A model generated the notes under the pieces. The model saw only the letters and a program-made list of their open reading frames with translations. It ran no database searches and was not told where the DNA came from. DNA of 64,000 nucleotides from Lingula anatina. Its lineage: Eukaryota > Animalia > Brachiopoda. Within the stretch, counting starts at the first letter, position 1, and each line of letters opens with the position of its first letter. Shown here one piece after another: positions 28,201 to 40,200 of the stretch. The stretch covers positions 34,162,001-34,226,000 of the forward strand of contig CM120642.1 in NCBI GenBank assembly GCA_051362555.1, read 5' to 3'. Position numbers and translations under genes: made by a program.

Positions 28201-31200
28201 AGCTAATGTCCACTAGCTAACTTTTACATATGTCTAGATGGTCATAAAGCCTTGGCATGCTTGCACAATGAGCAGGATGTTGACTGTGACCAAGCTCTGA
28301 TCAGTCTCAAAGTTGCTCTTATATATTTGACAGGCAGCAAGGTTAGGATAAATGAAAATAATGAGTACTTTTATGTTACAAATGAAAAAATATATATATA
28401 TATATTTTTTTTTCTCCTTTTTTATCTGTTAATATTGTAGACAATTGTTATTTAACTGAACAACAGACATTTACGTAATTATCATTTTTCCAGTCATTAA
28501 TAATAAGTATCCATTTGTTAAAATATCTAAAGAAATATCAATTTTTACAAACAGAAACCTTATAACCAATTAGAGCAAACATGAATGTTAATAGTGAGAC
28601 AAACACAACATGAAATCTAGAAACTTGTGCTTTTAGTGAAACACCAAGATACCTCCTGTTGCCTCGCGGTAGATGTTTTCCAGCCTCGGCAACACTGAAA
28701 TAATAATATACATCAACTCATCTCTCCACCTCTCTTCTTCTCTCTCCTCTTCTCCCACCTGGCTTGGCTATTACAATGTAGTTAAAATGTGGCTGAACAT
28801 AGACTTCTTCTTTTACCATCTACCTTCAGCCTTTCAATACCACAAACAACATAGAACACAGTGAACCAAAGCTCATCAAGCCCCCATCAACAATACCTCT
28901 GTCAGCAGGTTATCTTGTTCATGCCACAACTACAACAAAGCTACTACTATTACCACTCCAAGCATTACTAACATACATGTGGATATATTTAAAAACTACT
29001 ACCACTCCAAGCACTATTGACATACAAGTCATTCCAGTATACTGGGGAGGGGGTGGAGGAGGGGGGTGCATCTTGAGTGTCTTACAACCAAATGCATTTT
29101 TTCTCTTCTAAAGTCACCACATCAGGATAATTGGCATTTTTTCTATTGAAATAACTACACCACATGGTTTTAACAACAAGTATAAGGGACAAGAACTTTT
29201 ATAAAACTTATTCAAATTTAAAAAATTCATGTTATCATAGAGATATGATTTTTCATCAAATTAGGTTTGGTTTCTGCAAAGCAGCCAATTAATAGTTTAT
29301 GCTCTAACATTTTGGATCATACTGGGTAAATTAGGTACAGTTTCAATTGGACTGAAGATATGCACAAATTTATCTGTGCATAACTTATAAGTACTTTCTA
29401 CCACAGGCATTTACATGCAATGTTAACATGTGCTTCATATTTTTTTTCTTTTTAAAAAATGTAGAGAGAAATAAAATTACAATCTCAGAGAAGTGAAACT
29501 TGCAAGTAAGACACCCAAGGTTGTTACATAAATAGGACTAAGAAGATATCCAAACACCTAGAAGACAATATAAAACACAAACCCTGCTCTCCAAACATCT
29601 ACAGGGCTAGGTGAAAATAATATATACAAATTAAAAGGAGATGTGGAAGTCACTCAGGGGAATTTCTTACCTTCATGAATATGGATTTCTAGAGAAAAAA
29701 TAAGACATTGGACCAACAATGAGACTAAACTTGATAATATTTGTGTACAGTCGACCTAGAAAGTGCCTTTGGAAAGAGGTCAAGGTCACCAGTTCAGTTC
29801 ATTTAGATTAGGGTTACTACTTGGGTAATTGTGATTTACACAATTGGAGACATCATTCTGTATCTATTTATTAAAGATTCAAAATTTAGCCATATCCATA
29901 ATTGACTCACTTGAACAGAACTACAACTGTTGAAAGCACAAAACTTCTGCAAAATATTGAATCATTTCTTTTACACACACACACACACACGCACACACAC
30001 ACAAACAATTTTTCCCATTCATATATCACTAACATACAATTATCCCCATTAATATATCACTAACATACAATTACCCCCATTCATATATCACTAACATACA
30101 ATTATTCCCATTCATATATCACTAACATACAATTATCCCCATTCATATATCACTAACATACAATTATTCCCATTCATATATCACTAACATACAATTATCC
30201 CCATTCATATATCACTAACATACAATTATCCCCATTCATATATCACTAACATACAATTATCCCCATTCATATATCACTAACATACAATTACTCCCATTCA
30301 TATATCACTAACATACAATTACCCCCATTCATATATCACTAACATACAATTATCCCCATTCATATATCACTAACATACAATTATCCCCATTCATATATCA
30401 CTAACATACAATTACTCCCATTCATGTATCACTAACATACAATTATTCCCATTCATATATCACTAACATACAATTATCCCCATTCATATATCACTAAAAT
30501 ACAATTATCCCCATTCATATATCACTAACATACAATTATTCCCATTCATATATCGTTAACATACAATTATCCCCATTCATATATCACTGTGTACATACAA
30601 TTATCCCCATTCATATATCACTAACATACAATTTTCCCCATTCATATATCACTAACTTCTAGTTTCATACCTCCATCATTACATTTTATTTCTAAAATGT
30701 ATGTTATCAACTTTATTTCACCTCCAAAAATAACTAAAGTTGATCTCTTTCCAAAACATACTTATGCACCAAAACTAAACATTGCTATGCTAGCAATTAG
30801 GTACTTTTAGATAGGACTACTGCAATAATTAAACACATACATCTACTGTATGTCTGATTATTACATCTTGCAAAATGATTCTGATTAAAAAAATATATTG
30901 AAATATTCTACATATTCATTGGTCTATGTAAAAGCAATTAGCTAAAGTAATCTTATTTGCAAAGCAATGACATTATAAAATGAACATGGTTTTAAAATGG
31001 TATCATTTTACGTACTTGGTTTTATGGAGTCCTCGTCCACACATATGGAGCGTGTCCGTTTCACAATGCCTTTGACAGAGTTGGCGCGACTCCTGTGTCG
31101 TCTCCGGGTGAAACCTAGGCTGACTGGCAGGTGAGGTCGAGGACAGGTAGGACTAGCGAGATCTCCAATTATAGCACCCAGCTCAGCCTCTGCAAAATGC

Positions 31201-34200
31201 AGCCTTATTTTTACTGTTGGTACAGTTACTAAGATTTAATAGATAGCTGGGAAATCTTAACATACCACCCTCACCAGGGGCGGATCCAGGGTTATTTTCT
31301 GACAGTCTTCCAATTTATCTTTCTTGGTCCATCCTCCATTTTTGACCGTCTTCCGACAAAAAGAATTAGATACCCGTCAATGTAAACTTGAAAATCTGAC
31401 CGTCTTCCGGAAGACCCAGAAGACGCCCTAAATCCGCCCCTGCTCACTCCATTTCTCCCCCTTAGGAAAAAGTCCTATAGGATCCTATAAGATCCTATAG
31501 GATCCTACCGGAAATTGGCCCAATTTCCTATAGGATCCTATAGGATCTTATAGGATCCTATAGGACTTTTTCGTTAGGGCACACTTATATTATCAAGGCA
31601 CAGCTAGGATATATATAATAACATACCATCCTCACTCCCTTTCTCACACTTATATTATCAAGGCACAGCTAGGATATATATAATAACATACCATCCTCAC
31701 TCCCTTTCTCACACTAATATTATCAAGGCACAGCTAGTATATATATAATAACATACCATCCTCACTCCCTTTCTCACACTTATATTATCAAGGCACAGCT
31801 AGGATATATATATAATAGCATACCATCCTCACTCCCTTTCTCACACTTATATTATCAAGGCACAGCTAGGATATATATAATAACATACCATCCTCACTCC
31901 CTTTCTTACACTTATATTATCAAGGCACAGCTAGGATATATATAATAACATACCATCCTCACTCCCTTTCTCAAAGTTGAGGAAGGTCAGTTTTGTGATG
32001 CAGGAGGTTGACAGGAAGTCAGACAAGTTCCCTAACTGTACTCTGAAAACATGAACAAAATAATAACTATCAAGAGTGAGACCAGACTGGCACGTGGTTC
32101 TCATGTTCAATGCATTTCTATTACTTTAACAAGTTTTATCTCTATCACATCCATAAAGAGGGCAGATCAGCAATATTGCCGTCTCTTCTTTAAAGTCTAC
32201 TCTTTAGGTTCTTTGGTACATTTGTAAAAAAACTTGGAAAGAAACCATGGGGGAAATGCTTTCAAGTCTGTTCATGTTAAGAGACTATGACTATAATACC
32301 ATAGACAACATGTGTACATGTGCCACATTATGGTGTGATCTAGAACATTGGCAATCCTACATTATAAAATACCTATTAGACAAGATCCTGAAACTACTGA
32401 ATTTATCTATTCAAAGATCATTCTGATTATAATGTTAAAAAAGAATTAAAATTTAATAATATTTTTATTAATTTAAACTGGAGAAAGCCACTGTAACAGT
32501 CATGGTGTCTATTGTTAGCTACCAACTAAGTCAATATTTTCGTTGCACAGAGATGAGTTTATTGGGGTTGCAAAACCAAACAACGGTTGATCTCAAGTCC
32601 ACACAACCTATAGCTACCCTCGACCAGAACCACAGATCAATTGATCACTAAGATATTAGGAGATCTGTCTCTGACCAATTCATGACACAATTTTGTAGAG
32701 AATTCTATAGAGAATTGCGTCATAAATTGTCCAGAGAGATATCTGTAAATATCTAGTGTTAAATCAATCTGTGGCTGTGGTAGAGGGTACCATGTGCTGT
32801 GTATATTCAGGACAAGTATGCCACAGAGTGAGTCCGTCTGTGGCTGTGGTAGAGGGTACCATGTGCTGTGTATGTACAGGACAAGTATGCCACAGAGTGA
32901 GTCCGTCTCTGGCTATGGTAGAGGGTAACATGTGCTGTGTATGTACAGGACAAGTATGCCACAGAGTGAGTCCGTCTGTGGCTATGGTAAAGGGTACCAT
33001 GTGCTGTGTATATTCAGGACAAGTATGCCACAGAGTGAGTCCGTCTGTGGCTGTGGAAGAGGAACCATGTGCTGTGTATATTCAGGACAAGTATGCCACA
33101 GAGTGAGTCAGTCTGTGGCTGTGGTAGAGGGTACCATGTGCTGTGTATGTACACGACAAGTATGCCACAGAGTGAGGCAGTCTGTGGCTGTGGTAGAGGG
33201 TACCATGTGCTGTGTATGTACAGGACAAGTATGCCACAGAGTGAGTCAGTCTGTGGCTGTGGTAGAGGGTACCATGTGCTGTGTATGTACAGGACAAGTA
33301 TGCCACAGAGTGAGTCAGTCTGTGGCTGTGGTAGAGGGTACCATGTGCTGTGTATATTCAGGACAAGTTTGCCACAGAGTGAGTCAGTCTGTGGCTATGG
33401 TAGAGGGTACCATGTGCTGTGTATATTCAGGACAAGTATGCCACAGAGTGAGTCAGTCTGTGGCTGTGGAAGAGGAACCATGTGCTGTGTATATTCAGGA
33501 CAAGTATGCCACAGAGTGAGTCAGTCTGTGGCTATGGTAGAGGGTACCATGTGCTGTGTATGTACAGGACAAGTATGCCACAGAGTGAGTCAGTCTGTGG
33601 CTGTGGTAGAGGGTACCATGTGCTGTGTATGTACAGGACAAGTATGCCACAGAGTGAGTCAGTCTGTGGCTGTGGTAGAGGGTACCATGTGCTGTGTATG
33701 TACAGGACAAGTATGCCACAGAGTGAGTCAGTCTGTGGCTGTGGTAGAGGGTACCATGTGCTGTGTATGTACAGGACAAGTATGCCACAGAGTGAGTCAG
33801 TCTGTGGCTATGGTAGAGGGTACCATGTGCTGTGTATATTCAGGACAAGTATGCCACAGAGTGAGTCAGTCTGTGGCTGTGGAAGAGGAACCATGTGCTG
33901 TGTATATTCAGGACAACTATGCCACAGAGTGAGTCAGTCTGTGGCTATGGTAGAGGGTACCATGTGCTGTGTATGTACAGGACAAGTATGCCACAGAGTG
34001 AGTCAGTCTGTGGCTGTGGTAGAGGGTACCATGTGCTGTGTATGTACAGGACAAGTATGCCACAGAGTGAGTCAGTCTGTGGCTGTGGTAGAGGGTACCA
34101 TGTGCTGTGTATGTACAGGACAAGTATGCCACAGAGTGAGTCCGTCTGTGGCTGTGGTAGAGGGTACCATGGGCTGTGTATGTACAGGACAAGTATGCCA

Positions 34201-37200
34201 CAGAGTGAGTCAGTCTGTGGCTGTGGTAGAGGGTACCATGTGCTGTGTATGTACAGGACAAGTATGCCACAGAGTGAGTCCGTCTGTGGCTGTGGTAGAG
34301 GGTACCATGGGCTGTGTATGTATAGGACAAATATGCCACAGAGTGAGTCAGTCTGTGGCTGTGGTAGAGGGTACCATGTGCTGTGTATGTACAGGACAAG
34401 TATGCCACAGAGTGAGTCAGTCTCAAAGAAGCTAAAAGTAAAGTACCATGCTTCTATAATACCCATTAAAACAGAAAATAGTGCTCAGCTCTCATTCAAC
34501 TACTTATGCTCAATTAATTATATGGCATATAGAACACAACAAGCAACTAAACCCAGAAGAAAATTAAAACTTGTACATTGCCCATTTGTACACATATACT
34601 ACTTAAAATATCTCAACTGCACAATCAATAAAAACATTATTAATGCAAAATATTTTTCTCTCATCAAAAAGAATTATATTTTATTTTACACTAGTATCAA
34701 TAACAGCCACTCGACCCCCCCCCCCCCCCCCTTGAAGCAGTGAGTTTCATGCAAAGGTACTGTTTCTAAACATTTTTTAAAAATTAAGCATTTATCTCAG
34801 CATGGTTTGTGTCAGTATTTCAATCATTTGCCAGATAGTTGCTTACTGGTATCCTGATAATGCAAGCATATTGGTAAGACATTTTTTACGACAGAAAAGG
34901 ACTTTTTTAACTGTCTTGATTTTGCTTTGCTCCTTATTGTCTCTTCTATTGCTGGAGACTATGTGCAAACAACTAAACAGTAAGTTCAAAGACTAAGGAT
35001 AGTAAAATGTTAGACTTGCTTGTAATTCAGCTTTCAGAAAGTTACAAAAGGGGAAGCATTATGCATTGCATTCTCTTCTGAATCCATAATAAAGTGAAAA
35101 ATGCAAAAGAACAAAAACTAAAACAAAGCAGAAATAAAAATAAATGAATAAAATTTCAACCCCAATTCCAAGTTCAAAATACAGACCTTGAACCATATAC
35201 GTAACCCTCTTTAAGCTTTGAAATGAAAGCTTTAAGATGAGCTGGGATTTTCATTCTGATGTCTGAAGGAAACCAAAATAATCATTTTACATCGACAGAA
35301 ATATAATACTAACAAAAAACTACTGTCCAGCTATGAGAAAGAAGGCAATTTCAAGTATCAATAATTTTAAATTTTACCACACCAAACAACAGAGTCTGAC
35401 AAGACAAAGCAGGTCTCAGACACTGTTTATGCTCTGCCAAACCAAGGAATAATATAATCCTTTAGCAAAGCAAGCCAGAACTAAATCAAAGCAGTTACTG
35501 TTCACAGTTGCCTTCTTCCTTCAACTGGATAAACCCTGTCCTGTCATATCTGTGGATTGGTCTTCAACATGTCATCAATACAGCAAATGACACAGTGGGC
35601 ATTAAAACTACCCATCTTTTGATGAAATATTAGAATAACCAATTCCACAATTAATATGACAGCAACAGCACATTCACACAGCCACTAGCACCACCTATAA
35701 ACAAGACAGGCCAACCTTGTGCCATGTATGTATCCCGATTTCAATTTCTGAATGGTTCCAATTATAACTGGTCGCATCTCTCGACTGTAATCTATAGAAT
35801 AAAATACAATATTGCGGATAAAAAATCCCTTTCAAGAACATCTGACGACAAACAAAATTAACAAAAAAAATTCTGCTATAGTTTTTCTGATAGTTAAGCT
35901 AACAAACAAAAACAAAGCAGATATCTAATATATTTTAAACCAAATGAGGTTGACACAGAGTAAACATTGACATTGCTAGGGTATCAAAACAATTAACATT
36001 GAACTGACTTATAACAGCAAAGAAAACAAATCAACCAATTATAATGTCACACATGAAAGTTAATACAAAAACCAATAACCTAGAAATTATTAATGCTGAG
36101 TCAAATGCATATGACTATATGCCAAATACAGCCAACCCAGATAAAATAATAACCTAAATAAAAAGGGTTTACCTCAATCAACATGCTTTATATTGTATAT
36201 CAACACAGAGAAGATGGCAATATATGAAGTGTTTCATTAATACATAATTGTTCTAAAGATTTAGTCTGCATGCTAGAAAAGAGCAAAAGGGGTAATACAA
36301 GAAGATATAATAAACATGGATGGCATGCACATAAATACAGATATTGCAGGATAATTTTTCAAAGTTAATCACACGTTATCATTTTACGTTACTGTAGTTA
36401 CAATGCAGTTTTGAAATTTCATCTTCTTAAAAATTCCCCTTGTTCCAAGTATTATTCTTAAATCCTTATCCATCCGAACAATTTAGATGCCAGAGACATT
36501 AAAGCTTGATTGCCAAATACCAGGTGAAGAAGAAGCTGTAAGCAGAGATGCCATGGTTAGTTCCCAGTGATGAGCATCTTCATACTTAACAATATTACAT
36601 GAGCCACTGAATTCACTTTGCTGGCAGCCTTTCATATTTGAACAAGTATGCAATTTTCACATTTTATTACGAGTTGGGGATAACAAACAATCTGGCAAAA
36701 AGGCTAGAATAATAGAAACTGGCAATTTTGATTTCATTTTGTCAAATTTGCATGTATATCATTACTGGAGCTGTGAGGAAAGGTAAATACCACTAGTACT
36801 AAATACGGCTGTCTAGTAATGGCAAAGACACAGAAAAATGAGAAATATTATGTTTTATATCAAAACATTCAACATGATTTTACATTTACAGAAATTACAG
36901 GTAAAATTCCCAATTATGAATAAAAGGCTATTATGAGAATCACCAGCAGGCAATCTGCTACTTCACACAATCTCTATCACAGTTAATAAATTGTAAACTT
37001 GCTACACACCAATAATTGCTCCATGCTCATTGCGTACTGGTACTGTGGTGGTTTCTGAACTCCAACAAAAACATGAGGTAAGTAAAACAAAGCAACATGA
37101 AGCATATTAAGCAGCCTAAAATCTGTACACCTCTATATTCAATCAATTAACACTATTTTAGTTTATGGGATTTCACTGAAAATACAACACATTTGTGTCT

Positions 37201-40200
37201 AATGTCTGTTGACACATTTTCAAGCATTGGCATTACATATTTTGAACTGGACAATGGCAATGAAAAAATTTAAATTATAAAAACTGTCCCTTTAAATTTA
37301 CTAAAAAATAGAATCTAAGAAAGTCTCTTTTCTGGGGGAGATGAAAACTAGAAATATATTTTCAGAAGATCTGACAACAAGTAAGCAGCAGTGCAATTCT
37401 AGTGTAAACATTCAACAAGCCGTGTTATCAGCAGTGACTAATCCAGGGGATTCCCACAGAATGTTGACCTCCCTACTCACAGCAAGTGGATGCAACCCCC
37501 CCCCTTCCAGGGTCCTATCACAGGAAGTGGGTGCAACCTTCCCCCTCCAGGGTCCTATCACAGGAAGTGGGTGCTACATTCTCCCTTCCAGGGTTACACC
37601 ACAGGAAGTGGGTGCAACCTTCCCCCTCCAGGGTCCTATCACAGGAAGTGGGTGCAACCTTCCCCCTCCAGGGTCCTATCACAGGAAGTGGGTGCTACAT
37701 TCTCCCTTCCAGGGTTACACCACAGGAAGTGGGTGCAACCTTCCCCCTCCAGGGTCATACAACAGGAAGTGGGTACAACGTCTCTCTAGGGTCAAACAAC
37801 AGGCGCAACCCCCCTCTAGGGTAATACCACAGGAAGTGTGTGCATCCCTCCCCCCTCTAGGGTTATGCCACAGAAAGTGGGTGCAACCTCCCCCTCCAGG
37901 GTCATACAACAGGAAGTAGGTGCAACATCCCTCTAGGGTCATACAATAGGCGCAACCCCCCTCTAGGGTAATACCACAGGAAGTGGGTGTACCCCTCCCC
38001 CCTCTAGGGTCATGCCACAGAAAGTGGGTGCAACCCGCCTCTAAGGTCATACCACAGGTAGCACGTACAACCTCTCCCCTCCAAGGTCATACCAAAGGAA
38101 GCGGGTGCAACCCTCCTCTAGGGTCATACCTCAAGAAGCAGATGCAACCCCCCGCTAGGGTTATACCACAGGAAGCAACCTTCCCCCCACTAGGTTCATG
38201 CCACAGAAGCGTGTGCAACCCCCACAGGGTCATACTACAGGAAGCGGATGCAACCCCCTGCTAGGGTTATACCACAGGAAGCAACCTTCCCCCCACTAGG
38301 TTCATGCCATGCAACCCCCCTCAAGGGTCATACAACAGGCGCAACCCTCCTCTAGGGTAATACCACAGGAAGTGGGTTCAACCCCCTCCTGCGTACACCA
38401 CATGAAGTGGGTGCAAACCCCCCTCCTGCGTATACCACATGAAGTGGGTGCAAAACCCCCTCCTGCGTACACCACATGAAGTGGGTGCAAAGCCCCTCCT
38501 GCATACACCACATGAAGTGGGTGCAAAACCCCCCTTCCACTCTGCTTTTTTTCCTGGATCAGTCATTGCAAGCAGTGAATTATTTTAACTCAAAAGAAAA
38601 CAAATCTCAACCCATTCTAAATTTCCAAATGCAGGTAGTAGGTGATCTTTACAAGCAGGCCAGGACTAGACATCAACAATCTGGCGTAGAAAGACAAAGT
38701 ACTAATTTTTCAACTTCTGGATCAAGTTAGCCAACATTGTTTGGATTATTCAAGCACTATTACTCGCCCATGAACCTCACAACTGATTTGTTTGTAAGTC
38801 TTTCTATTATCCACCGTTCAAACAGGCTCTGATAGTATTACATTACTGTCCTTTTTTCATAGCCTTCCATTAAGTACCTTCAGGTGTTTTTTTTTCATCG
38901 CATTCTATTTTTAACCTTGGTTAGATTACTCATACTGTTCTGTATATGATAAATAATAAAGTGACCCATGGAACAAAAAAAAAAAATTTTTTTTCAATCA
39001 TTTAGCTCTTTCATGACTAAAAGACCAAAAATTGTAATCAAAATTGATATCTTTTTTTTTCAATCTTATTTTTCAAACTTTACAAACATATATTATGCTG
39101 TGTGTGATATGTCATTTTGTCAATAATAGCATGTACTTCATCTTAATAAACCTAAACACATTTCTGACATATTTGCTTTACAGAATTGTTGAGCAAATTG
39201 CTGCTATCTAAGGAGGAGTAATAGTGCTGAATAAATCGCATACCCATCATCCAATGAAATATTGGAAAAACCATGCATGGTCGGCCCAGGGCATGCCAAT
39301 TGTTCCTGAGATAAGACACATCAGTTCGGAATGTGTCCACCATGAAGTTGGTGTCTTGAACCAGGTAATAGGCCTGTTGATCTAGAAACTAGGAAGCAAA
39401 ACAACAGGGACGACTTCATTAAAATGTGTTTTTTTTTTAGTCCTAACTTAGAGACTTCTAATTTGGGCAGAAAACAAGTGATTATATCAGGGCACAGTGC
39501 CAGAATTCTTCTTGGTTGAAAACCTCAAGATGAGGGTATCATCTGGCTAAGAAAAACAGTATGATAATTAAACAACAAGCAAATATGGTAAGCCACACTC
39601 ATGTCAGTTAAATCAACCTTGGATATCACACCAACACACTTCATTCTCATGCATTGCTTAATTGGTGAGTGATGAGATGGGCAGAGTCCTCTCCTCACAA
39701 CCAAGATTCTAACCTGGGCACCAAATATTTCTTATAAAGCTGGATCTCTCTTTAGATAATAAATACATGGATTTTCTCACAAATTTAATTCTTTGATATT
39801 ACACTTAATAAATGTGTATTATTTTATAAAAACTGGGAGAATACCAATCTGCAAAACTACAAAACTTGGCTTTGATAATAACAAACATGGAACACTGGGG
39901 AAGAAGAATTCAGTGCAGAATTTCAATGACAAAATCACAATTTGAGAAAAGAGAGACCTGATTCAAAACTGATCTAATTTTAGAATTTTAATTAAATGCT
40001 TTCTACATTTCAGTTTTGAGATGAAAACTAAGCCAATTCATGTAATAAGCATCCTCTCCAGTGGGTCTTATTCTTCAAATTGTCTGATAAAAAATAAAAT
40101 TTTGGGCACATATATAATGACAGTAGACCACCAGCCACAGCTCTATCATTACATAATCACTTTGTCAATCACTGATATATACAACTGCAATTTTTGGCTC

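Noticed and set aside
32756-34743. Cys-rich ORFs resembling metallothionein or keratin-associated proteins
   Set aside because: Translations of a 69-bp minisatellite, open in several frames and on both strands.
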